From Octopus sinensis (lineage: Eukaryota): DNA of 64,000 bases. The translations under genes and the position numbers were made by a program. Within the stretch, counting starts at the first letter, position 1. Each line of letters opens with the position of its first letter. Below the pieces are notes generated by a model that was given only the letters and a program-made list of their open reading frames with translations, had not been told where the DNA came from and did not search any database. This document shows positions 34,020 through 45,697 of this stretch, one piece after another. The stretch is taken from positions 48,050,001 through 48,114,000 of the forward strand of contig NC_043004.1 of NCBI RefSeq assembly GCF_006345805.1. Reading direction: 5' to 3'.

Positions 34020-35707
34020 ATATATATATATGTATGTATGTATTAAATGTACAATGTATGTATAGATGATCACAATGACGACAATAACGACGTCGATGAT
34101 GATGATGATGATGGTGATGGTCGCTCCCGTTGATTTGACATATGACACTGTCTGAAGGAGAGGATTTAAAGTTTTAAAATATGTGGAGAAAACATGTGTG
34201 AAAAAGAAAACTTTTAAAAAGAAAAGAACAAAGAAGCTGCATATACTTGTAATGTAATTCGAGTTCAAGCATGGATTTTACTATCAAGTCGCCTTGCATA
34301 ATGGAGATATCACATTTTTCTAAGATGATAACATTTGATATCTTATCTTGCCATTTTATGTTGCAGATATTGTGCAAACAACACATGGGAAAGATTTCAA
34401 GTCTCTTTATATGTTTGTAGTAGGGAATTCATGCTTCTGTACATCACAAAAGTGCGCACAAAATTCAAGATTTGTATACACTTATTTTATTTTTCAGACT
34501 GACACCGTATTTAGCCCACAAACGATGGAAAAGTCTTCCAAAAGCACTTGTAGTTAAGGTAGTGTTAGTGTGGATATTTGTGATAGCGGTAGATATGTTG
34601 ACGATCGCAGTACAGGAGGGTTTGCTGATACTGTAGGTGTGTTTGTGTGTGTGTGTTTTATTGTGTTTTCTTTCTTCCAGCCTTATCACTTTGGCTGCTT
34701 GAGCCCATTTTATATAGCTCTATGGGCTGCAGTATGCCTATTTTATATAGCTCTATGCTTTTCGCAGCTGCTGTTGCAGCGAATGTATTGTTGTCGTTGT
34801 TATTATAATGGAAATACCGATGCCGTTTAAGTTGTCGAGGCTACTGGCTGGTCTTGTTTTCGCCTCTATCCTAGTTTTTGTTATCGTAGGGTCGTAACGG
34901 TAAAATAGGCTGAGACTGGGCTCGTAGACCTGTCGCTGCTGTTGACTGATGTCTTTAGGATTGTTTCATTAATCGAGGGAAACCCAGCTTCATAACTGGA
35001 ATTAAATCCTTGAGCTGTGATGTTGCTAAATCTGCAGCTGCTCTTTGTTGTCATAGTGGTAATGTGAACTTTGAACTTGGTGGGTGCTCACCCCACCTTT
35101 AATTTCTGGGTAGGAGGCAGAGTACAGTTCCATATCTGGCACTATCCCAGCTTCCTTTTACTTTGTCTGCCATGTCTTTCAACAAGGCCATATTTGTTTT
35201 TAATTTATTTCAAAAAAGCGAATATTTTTTTTTTTTTTCTTTCGGATTTGAGCCCCAAAATGGAGACGAAAAACGAAACCAAGCAAGTCTATGCTTAAGG
35301 TGACGGTTTTGATAAACGTATTGTATCAAAATATGCAATAAACAAATTTTGGAGACAATATTAAAAACAAAATGTGTGTGTGTGTGTGAATTAACCCCCC
35401 AAATCAGTAATCAAAATCATTATCATTGTTCAAAGGTTAAGTAGCAAATCGAACGATACTAAGTAAGTTCAAGTGAGTATATGTGAAGAGTACTGAACGA
35501 ACCCAGTACCTCTTCGTTTAAACCTGGTGCCTGTTCTATCAGTCCCTTTCGCCGAACCAATAAGTTACTGAAATTAACAAACCAACACCGGTTATCAAAT
35601 GGCGTGTGGAGGGAACAAACACACACACACACACACAAACGCACTCATAAATAGATAGATAGATAGATAGATAGATAGATGCATACATACATACATACAT
35701 ACATACA

Positions 35708-35840
35708 TGCATTATGGCTGCCCCTCGTTATCGAGTATGGCCATTGCACGAAGCTTAACTGTTACTGATGCTTTTGATCGAATGTGACTTTTTAGCCCAG
35801 CTAAAGATCTATAATGTCTTGTACAGAATTGGCAACGTAC
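35708..35840 (-). mobile_element. RTE LINE extreme 3' end with microsatellite tail
   Basis: CQFCTRHYRSLAGLKSHIR zinc-finger-like end followed by (GTAT)n/(ATCT)n. Confidence 0.6.
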
Positions 35841-37988
35841 ATACATACGTACATACATACATACATACATACGTACGTACATACATACACAAACACACAC
35901 ACACACACAGCTCTTGCCACTGTTGTGAGTGTGTTTGCTTTATCTGTATTCGTAGTCACTAGTAATCATCATATGTTGTTCTGTTACGTGTCACATATTG
36001 CTTTTCAATGAAGACAATTATGAAAAATGCTTTTGTGTGCGTCTGTATGTAGCTGTGTGTTAATTAGTGTTCTGTTCCAGATTAGCCCTCATAGATTAAA
36101 CATATCATTAAACTCGCACATTCAAAATGCTTTACAGCTGTAACCACAAATCATTTAGAGGAGACTGTAAGGTCACTCAAACTACCGAAAATAGCAACTA
36201 AATTGCCTCCAAATTGCATCCCACCATGCTTAAACGAATGATGCATTAAACAATATAGCCTTGGACATAATGCTGCGTCTGAAAATAAAGTAGGCTGGTC
36301 ATAAGTCTGTTAGGTGGGAGTAGTCCTTGGGCAAACAAAATTATGTTCATCAATACCAGCACTCTTATTGTATACAGATGAATTCTTAGAGAGAATTCGC
36401 AGATGAGACAAGTCAAGTTAACAGACTAGACAATAGTCTATTAACTTGACTAAAAACTTAACTGAAAACATAGTTTTCAGAATGATAAAAATATGTAGCA
36501 GGTTTCATGGTCATCTACGGTTAAGCGATGTAAGTTAAATGCTCATACTAAATAACATACACTGAGCCAGCACAGATAGTCTCCAGGTAACAAAACCTCA
36601 GTTACGCTAACTAAACAGTCACTCATAAATCCCTTTGTACTATCAATTATACTATTCGAGGTACTACTTAAGGATAAATGGATATACAGTGTTTCGTCCA
36701 TTTTTTCGTTGATTTTATTCTATATAGACAACAACATACGAGCATTACATACAAGGGCCGGGGAACAGGGGGTGCATGGGGTGTACCTGCACCCCCTAGG
36801 ATTTTTAGGGGTTGCAAAATCAAAATTTGCACCCCCTACAATATCTTTGCCGGGTTCAGAAAATGTCTTAAAAACTGATCTGTAAAAATTGCTTGAAGTC
36901 AGATTTCTTCTTAAAACAAAAACAAAGGACAAAAGAAATGTAGCTGATCGTAAATTTCAGAAGGAAATTTATATGACCTGCTTTCTAAGCCAAAGCAGCG
37001 TCAATAACAAAAATATGTGGCAACAACAACAACAACAACAAGAATAGCAACATGACCTCTTTCTATCTTTCAAAATACCTCTCAATACCTTACTTTCTTG
37101 TCATTTCTTTGTAATTGGTGTCGCTAAAGATTGGTCACATGGTTGAATGGATTTGACTGTTTCACTTCAGTCTAAAAATAAAAGACCTTTCAAAATTCTT
37201 TGTCAGTCAGATGGATTCTTCCATTCAAGCTAATAGGAACAAGGTTATTTATTTTGTCAAAGGAACAAAATTATTTCTTTTCTCTTTGCTATTTAATGCT
37301 CATTGTTACATTCCTGGGCTTTTCTTTGGATTATCATTTGTCCCATTTAAGTTGGAATTTCTCCCTTTTGACTAGGATCTTTCGTTACTGCGTTAATTTA
37401 TTCAGATTATTTTCTATTTTATTCGCTCTTCTAAGGATGAATAAGACAAAATTATTGATATTAGTTGACCAATTAAAAACGCGATACTCATCCTTAGAAG
37501 AGCTTAAATTCATAGAACTTTTCAATTTTTGCAAGTGATGAATATCACAAACAATTTCCAGTCGATGCTTTAAATTCTTTAAAAACCACTTATAGTAGGG
37601 TTTTTTTTTTTTTTTACATAAGATTGCAGAGTAAACTAAATATTTTGTATTCTATGCAAAACTTTAAAAAGCAAAGTGTGAGTAATTTAATGCATTTACA
37701 TCAACGATCTGATTGAAGCTATGCCAGAACTCATAAATCTTTGCAATCTTATTTTGACCATTTCATCTACAACTGACTCTGTAGAGTGGGTCTTTTCTAC
37801 CTTGAAAAGAATTAGAACTTACCAAAGAAATACAATAGGAGAGAAAAGACTTTCAGGTTTGGTTCTTATGCCAAGTGGAAAATATTTACGTCAACGATTG
37901 ATTAAAACTGAAGATTTCTATGACAATGTAATAAATATATTTTCCCTGAAAGATCGAAGGACTGAATTAATTTATAAATGAGGTATGT

Positions 37989-38353
37989 TGTTGTTGGCAC
38001 TCCGTCGCTTACGACGACGAGGGTTCCAGTTGATCCGATCAACGGAACAGCCTGCTCGTGAAATTAACGTGCAAGCGGCTGAGCACTCCACAGACACGTG
38101 TACTCTTAACGTAATTCTCGGGGATATTCAGCGTGCCACAGTGTGACAAGGCTGGCCCTCTGAATTACAGACACAACAGAGAAAGTTGTGGTGAAAGAGT
38201 ACAGAAGGGTTCGCCACTATCCCCTACCGTAGCCTCGTCGAGCTTTAGGTTTTTTCGCTCAATAAACACTCACAACGCCCGGTCTGGGAATCGAAACTGC
38301 GATCCTATGACCACCAATCCGCTGCCCTAACCACTAGGCCATTGCGCCTCTAC
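37989..38353 (-). mobile_element. OR1-head SINE inserted at the hAT transposase stop codon
   Basis: 13-bp TSD AAATGAGGTATGT (37976-37988 and 38354-38366); (AAC)n tail. Confidence 0.92.
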
Positions 38354-38437
38354 AAATGAGGTATGTAAATAAACACATTAAAACAGAGACTAATTTGGTT
38401 CTCTTAATTTAAAAAACGAATCAGTTTAACCAATAAG

Positions 38438-39470
38438 TACGAGGGCGGGGGTTGAAAAGTTCATAGACAATCTATGAAAGAGTGATGCTTAGAAATCTTC
38501 CATGCATTCATTTCAATTCTACATATTAACTACATTGTTTCATTTCAGGTAAACTGACATCTGACTATTCAAAGAAAACTTCAAATGTAACTAGTAGCAA
38601 CTTCTCTCGAAAATAGATAAAATTAAGCATCGTGATATCACGTACCTTCAGAAAAAGGCTTTAGTGTCCCAAAGACGTTCATGCTGGCATGGTTGCTACA
38701 CCACAGGATTACGGTCCAGCTTTATCAACAGTGCAGAAGCGGACAGCTGAATTTAGGAGGGGAAGATAGTCTTGAAGATGATCCAAGGTCTGGATGTCCC
38801 ACAACTGCCACCACTGAGAAAAACATCGATCGTGGTCACCACATGTTGGTGGATAACAGGCGATTGACTATAACTCAAATAGCCAATGTTATTAGCATAT
38901 CCTGGGAGAGAGTTGAGGATATTCTGCACAATGAACTTGGCGTAACGAAGGTTCATGCTCGATGGATGCCGCGTCTTCTGACACCTGATCAAAAGCGCAC
39001 CAGGTTGATCACCTTACGGGGGTATCTGACATTGTTTGGGGCAGATACGGCTAGTTTCCTTGAACGTTTCCTATGTCTGTTGGCTTCATCACTTTGAACA
39101 GAGGCAAACATGCAGTGGAAACAATCCTCTTCATCCGCTCCAAAGAAAGCAGATCGTTTCATCTGCAGGAATGGCGATAGCCTCAGGTTTTTTTGGAATG
39201 AAAAAGGCATTGTATTTATTGACTATCTTCAAAATGATCACACCATCAACGCCAACTTGCTAAGGCAGTTACGACAGGCTATAAAGACCAAACGCACTGA
39301 AAAAACTAATGAAGGAGGTCTTGTTTCATTAGAACAATGCTTCAATACACAAGTCCTTGGTTTCAATGGTTGCTGTGCGTAACAGGTTTTGAACTGGTTG
39401 ATCACCCTCCTTAATTTAGTGATTTGGTACCATTTGACTATCATTTGTTTCCCAGCACGAAAAAACACTT
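38438..39470 (+). mobile_element. Mariner transposon nested in the hAT element
   Basis: Starts TACGAGGG; SLEDDPRSGCPTTATT..NRRLTITQIA..ILHNELGVTKVHARWMPRLLTPDQK; 3' truncated. Confidence 0.92.
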
Positions 39471-41722
39471 GACTGGGCTCCAGCACCTCCTAAGCAAATT
39501 TTGTTCCCGGGCCACTGATTACATACTTTCAGCTAGTTGCTCGGTATTCCATCAATTTACTCCCTTATCTCTTCTTCAAATATAACACTTGGTAACAGCC
39601 CTGTAGGGTAAAAAGCAATTGTAATTTGTCTATGTGTTTAAGATGTTTGTTTCCTAAATACATGGGCTCGCATTCAGTTCCCATAGCATGATATTCTGAG
39701 GAAATATATTTCATCACAGACACAGATCATTAGAATTTTTTTTTTCAACACTGTATCTATAACCATATTATTCAATAATTGAACTAAGTTTTTTATATCA
39801 CCTATCACTTAACGCATGTATATAAATGAAATATTCCGTGAAATATTCACACTTATTTACGTGGTAGGTGTATATAATTTAACTAAAGGTTGCATCATAT
39901 GTACGGTTTATTTATTTATTTATTTTTTATTCTCGTTTATGGGAAAAATGGAAAAATAAGAATGAAATATTTATCTTATGAGTGCTTTGCATTAAGTCTA
40001 TAAAATTGTGCATAAGATATGTGAAGTGTACATGTAAAGTGCATTAAGTAATCATCGTATTCCAATTTCTTCCACTTTTTAATGAGCAGCAGATGAGCGA
40101 CTATCTCTCCATAAAGACACAACACAGGTTACGCTTTCAGGGTTTTTTTGGAGGTGGGGGGGATAAAGTTTTCAGAAACAACCCAATAGGTTTACCATTA
40201 ATTTTGGGAAATATTCACGGGTCCCGCTAATTATATAATATCAGACATATATAAGAGTGGTGAGCTAGCAAAAATCGTTATGTGCCAGACAAACGTTCGA
40301 AATGCTGCTGAGGTCCTCTTTGCATTTCATTATTTCGGGGTCGAAAAAATAAGTACCATTTGAGCTCTGGGGTCGACATAATCGACTTATTCCTCCCCCA
40401 AACTTGCAGGCCTTATGCCAAAATTTGAAACCAATATTCTGTTATGAGTAGGAATTATTGAAATGAGCAGGAATATGCTCATCTTGTTACTAGTCTGTGG
40501 TGTTCAGGCTCCCTCCTGCAATATGGCCGAATTAAACGTAGAGCAATTTTTTTAACATCTTTTTTTAAATCACGTCTTATATGCTGATATAAACAGTAAA
40601 TAGCAGTTTTTTTTTGTTATGTTTTTTTTTTTTTTGTAATCTAAGTCCAAAGTCTAACAAAATAATTTGCCCCAGCATGGCCAGTGTAATGATTGAAACA
40701 GATAAAGATGAAAAAAAAAATTAGCACAAAAGTATACCCGCTAGTACTAAATGTCGAAGAAGTACAGGTCCTGAATTAAAAACAAATAAACGTAACGTGT
40801 ATCTCTATAATAATAATTATTTGAAGAAAATTTAGCATTTCAATACAACTTACTAATCTTCTCCTCCACTCTGATATTCTCGGAAATAGTGTCGCTCGGA
40901 ACTCCAGTAAACGTGGTCTGCTATATCTGTTACAGTAACGTGTATAACGAATACAGTTTATTATATAATCCCAAGAGTAAACAACTCTGTGTGTCCTAAC
41001 AAGCTATGTAGTAATGCTTTTGTTTATTTCTCTATTCTTATATGTATACGCGTGTGTGTGTGTGTGTACATGTGTTGTTTGTACTCTACAGCTCATTATT
41101 ACAGTTACTGCTATGTGAATGGTGTTGCTGTTCTGAATAACTCTTGTTTTTGGAAATTCGATATCTCGTATATCATTATAGTATTTTGTCATTTGTCATA
41201 GACTAGTTTTCGTACACAATTTTTTTAACTTCATGTCTGCGTTGTCGTTATATTTCTTACGGGTCAACTCTTATCAGTTACACTCAAAACGTTTTACAGC
41301 TGAGCATGCGGGTCTTTTCTTTTTCTCCAAATGCCATATTGAGAATCACGTTAGTGAAATACGTTCTCCCACTTTTCTAGATGCTAATGTTTAACTCTAT
41401 AGATATTTAGCTGCTAATTCAAACACGTCAACCAAGGTCGTTTAGGTTGCCTTGTTGGCACATTTTATATGCATATCTAGTGAATTTGGATGTGAACTAC
41501 TTTTAAAACATCTAGAAGATGCAAATAAAAAACAAACCAGCCTGCTCTCTAGTTAATCCTTTTCCGAAACCATGGATCCACTGTCAAGCTGATACTAATC
41601 TCCGTTTTCTTGTACGTTCTTGCTCGTTTGGAGAAAATCTTCAAGAATTGAAGTTTGATCTTCAGTTCAGCTTACTACTGTCCAGACGTTGATCTATTCA
41701 ACTTTGTTGCACAAACCAGCAA

Positions 41723-42538
41723 GGAGACTGTGAGGTCACTCAAACTACCAAAAATAGCAACTAAATTGCCTTCAAACTGCATCCCATCGTGGTTGTATGA
41801 ATGATGCACTAAATAATATAGCCTTGGACATAACGCTGTGTCTGTAAATATAATAGGTTGGCCATAGCTGGAGAGTCTTTCGTCAAATCTGTTAGGTGGG
41901 AACTGTACTTGGGCAAACAAAATTATGTTCATCAACACCAGCACTCTCATTGTATACAGATGAAATCTTAGAGAGAACTCACAGATGAGACAAGTCACGT
42001 TAATAGACTAGACAAAATTAAGCTCAACACATAGTTTTCAGAATGATAAAAATATGTAGCAGGTTTCATGATCATTTACGGTTGTCCCTTACCTTAAGCA
42101 ATGAAAGTTGAATTCCCATACTAAATAACATACATTGAGCCAGTACAGAGAGTGCAAGTGTCAGTTACGCTAACTAAACAATTACTCATAAATACTTTTG
42201 CCTATTTATTATACTATTCGGGGTACTACTTAAGGATAAATGGACGCCACCATACAGTATTTCAGCGATTTTCCGTTGGTTTTATTATGTATAGACAACA
42301 ACATACGAACATTACATGCTTTCAGCTAGTTGCTCGGTATCCCATCAATTTACTTCCTTGTCTCTTCCTCAACTATAACGCTTACGGAGCACTTGCCAAC
42401 AGCTCTGTAAGGTAAAAAAAAAAAAGAAAGGCATTTGTCTATGTGCTTAAGATGTTTGTTTCCTAAATACATGGGCTCTCATTCAGTTCCCATAGCATGA
42501 TATTTTGAGGAAGTATATTTCATCAGGGACTCAGATCA
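41723..42538. repeat. Local duplication copy 2, carrying the empty hAT site
   Basis: acatacgaac-ATTACATG-ctttcagctagttgctcggtat is contiguous at 42301-42340. Confidence 0.9.
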
Positions 42539-43509
42539 AGGCAGATTTTGTAAATGAAATTTTGCCTAATATTTTTTAATAACATATTTGGTTACACTCT
42601 TTCAAAATAGGCATGCATATTTTAAAAGCAATATACTCTCTTTTACGTGTTTCAGTCATTTGACTGTGGCCATGCTGGAGCACCACCTTTAATCGAGCAA
42701 ATGGACCCCAGGACTTATTCTTTGTAAGCCTAATACTTATTCTATCGGTCTCTTTTGCCGGACCGCTAAGTTGCGGGGGACGTAAACACACCAGCATCGG
42801 TTATCACGCGATGTTGGGGCGGACAAACACAGACACACAAACATATACACACATACACATACACATATATATACATATATACAACGAGCTTCTTTCAGTT
42901 TCCGTCTACCAAATCCACTCACAAGGCTTTGGTCGGCCCGAGGCTATAGTAGAAGACACTTGCCCAAGAAGCCACGCATGGGATTAACTAAACCACACGC
43001 AGTCAAGTCATACTCGCTTAACCAATTCTCGATTACTTTTATTTTTCATCTTTCCGAAGTCCGAAAATAAAAACTATATATAAACCAAACCGTAACGTAT
43101 ACAAAATTAGCTTTGTCTGTTAGAACCACAAAAAAAATCTCCATTTGCCCACCAATTTTCTTTTTGTTCTCCTTAAATATATATATATATATATATTGTT
43201 GTATTTAGGAATGGTCATTTTGCCAGTTTAGCCAATAAAAACCCACGCACTATATATTTGGTGTTACTTTGCTTCAGCGTTATTTATTTTTTACATTAAT
43301 CTTAACCTTATTTCGGCAAGAGTTCTTTCGTCACACTCCTGTGCCCGCATCAGTGGTCCTTTGCTTTCTTCTTTCTTATTTTGTTCATGTGTTTACACCC
43401 ACTTATACATATATATATACACGTATAAATTGAGGGAATAATCATTAAAATGTTTATACCAGTGACCAGCTTAAAAAAACACCATATCGGTAAAATTAAT
43501 ATTTAAGCA

Positions 43510-44134
43510 TATAATTGTAAATATATAATTATAATTAAGGCCACTGAAGGGGTAACGCCAATACGCTAGTAGTAGACGTCAAATGTCTACAAACTATTCT
43601 AAATTTGTTCTTTTTTGCACAAAACTAAATGCGAGGAAATGGACAAGAAGATTAATAAAATTTCGGACTACTCTATATCTTAAGATTTCGTGTTTTGTAA
43701 TAAACATTACTCTACATTCTTCAATAGAAGTATAACGATAATATATAAGTGAAAATATATATATACATACCGATAAATACTTGCGTACTGGTACCAATAT
43801 ATACATACTAGATATAATGTATATGTGGCAAATTTATGTATATATTGGCATCTGCATGCAAGTATTTATGGGTATGTATATATATTTTTCACTTATATAT
43901 TGTCGGTATACTTCTACTGAAGAATGTGGAGTAGTTTTTATTATAAAACACGAAATCTTAAGATATAGAGTTGTCCGAAATTCTATAAATTTTCTTGTTC
44001 ATTTACACGCATTCAGCTTTATGCAAAAAAGGAGAACAATTTTCAGTGCTTTGTAGACATTTGACATCTACTTATAGCATATTGGCGTTGTCCCTTCAGA
44101 GCCCTTAGTTATAATTATAATTTATAATTATATA
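43510..44134. repeat. Long imperfect inverted repeat (about 300-bp arms, about 26-nt spacer), Penelope pLTR type
   Basis: 43510-43808 versus 43835-44134; flanked by TA-rich runs. Confidence 0.9.
43912..43970 (+). ncRNA. Hammerhead ribozyme motif, slightly degenerate
   Basis: UUCUA-CUGAAGA-stem II (first pair A.C mismatch)-GAAA-UCUUAAGA (palindromic stem III)-UA-UAGAG. The antisense arm copy has UUGAAGA. Confidence 0.6.
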
Positions 44135-44455
44135 ATCATACATACATATAATATATATATATATATTTACAGAGAGAATGCGAGACAGACAGACAGACAG
44201 ACTGACAGACAGAAAGAGAGGGTAAGTAGTAAACTGGCAGAAACGCTAAAGTATCGGAAAAATATATTATGCGGTGTATGTCCTGGACATTTACATCCTG
44301 AGTTGAAATCTAGTACAGGTCAGCTCTGTATCTCATTCTGTCAAAGTCCTAAAAGTAAAGTATTAACGAAGCTCTGAATTCGTGATATCGTCTAATCTCC
44401 TCCCTCAAAACTGCTGTCTGAATCAGAAACTATAAACGTTTAACTTGTACCACAA

Positions 44456-44521
<66 letters not shown>

Positions 44522-44524
<3 letters not shown>

Positions 44525-44661
44525 AAATAGTAAAAAGTGAAAAAACTACAGAAGGCTTGTTTTAAAAGGTTAAAAAATATATTCTGACATAATGACTCAA
44601 ATATATTTTTTAACCTTTTAAAACAAGCCTTCTGTAGTTTTTTCACTTTTTACTATTTTCT
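44522..44661. repeat. Perfect 62-bp inverted repeat with 16-nt spacer
   Basis: 44522-44583 is the exact reverse complement of 44600-44661. Confidence 0.97.
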
Positions 44662-44700
44662 ATATATTCAACCACGTGCTTTCACACACCAACTTTCTCA

Positions 44701-44743
<43 letters not shown>

Positions 44744-45074
44744 CTGTGTGTGTGTCTGTGTGTAAGTAATGTAGGTTTCAATGAAAAGGCAACTTTCGAG
44801 ATATTGACAACCAAAAAACAGATTATTCTCCTCAATAAATTCTTCGAAAGACACAACACGTCATATAAAATATATAATAATATAGATACATAATATATAT
44901 ATATAAAGATATATAAATATCATTTTAAAATGTAAAATATAAAATATATATTCGTATGAGATCGCTTGAATCGGTTCTAAAACAAAATGGTCAGATGTTA
45001 AATGTACTCAGTCAATACACTGCAAAATCATAAATATACTTTTCTACTTTAGGCACAAGGCCCAAAATTTTGAG

Positions 45075-45697
45075 GGAGGGGGCCAGTCGATTAGATTGGC
45101 GCCAGTACACAACTGGTACTTAATTTATCGACCCCGAAAGAATGAAAGGTAAGATCGACCTCGGCGGAATTTGAACTTAGAACGTAAGGACAGACGAAAT
45201 ACCGCTGAACATTTCGCCCGGCGTGATAACGATTCAGCCAGCTCACCTTCCTTTGGGATTGAACCACGAACTATGTGGTTGGGAACCAAGCTTCGTACCA
45301 TACAGCCACTCTTGCATATGCAAAATTACAAATATTCTTTTCTACCCTAGGCATAAGGCCCGAAATTTTTGGGGAGGTACGCAACTCGTACTTAATTTAT
45401 TGATCCCGAAAGGATAAAAGGCAAAGTTGACCTCAGCTGAATTTGAACTCAGAACGTAGCGGCAGGCGAAATACCTATTTCTTTACTACCCATAAGGAGC
45501 TAAACACAGAGAGGACAAACAAATGGATTAAGTCGATTATATTGACCCCAGTGCGTAACTGGTACTTAATTTATCAACCCCGAAAGGATGAAAAGCAAAA
45601 TCGACCTCAGCGGAATTTGAACACGGAACGTAGCGACGGGCGAAATACCGCTAAACATTTCGCCTGGCGTGCTAACGTTTCTGCCAGCTCGTCGCCT
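45075..45697 (-). mobile_element. Head-to-tail SINE cluster (about 3 units)
   Basis: Repeated cores; junction aaagaaata|ggtatttcg near 45478. Confidence 0.85.

Larger units (their letters stand above)
36752..39517 (+). mobile_element. hAT-superfamily DNA transposon, complete ends, internally deleted
   Basis: TIRs CAAGGGCCGGGGAAC / GTTCCCGGGCCACTG; 8-bp TSD ATTACATA (36744-36751 and 39518-39525); dimerisation domain LILTISSTTDSVEWVFSTLKRIRTYQRNTIGEKRLSGL at 37721-37981. Confidence 0.93.
36160..39728. repeat. Local duplication copy 1 (36160-36751 plus 39518-39728, split by the hAT element)
   Basis: Colinear, roughly 80% identical to 41723-42538. Confidence 0.9.

Noticed and set aside
39527-39560. 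IP..QLAE-like similarity of the duplicated module to ANL exon 1
   Set aside because: Too short, needs a frameshift and is surrounded by stops; likely coincidence.
41675-41998. 107-aa ORF with a hydrophobic start inside the duplication
   Set aside because: The paralogous copy has stops and indels in this frame; no coding conservation.
43305-43365. CUGAUGC...GAAA on the minus strand as a hammerhead
   Set aside because: Core A9 is missing and no consistent stems II/III with a UH triplet could be drawn.
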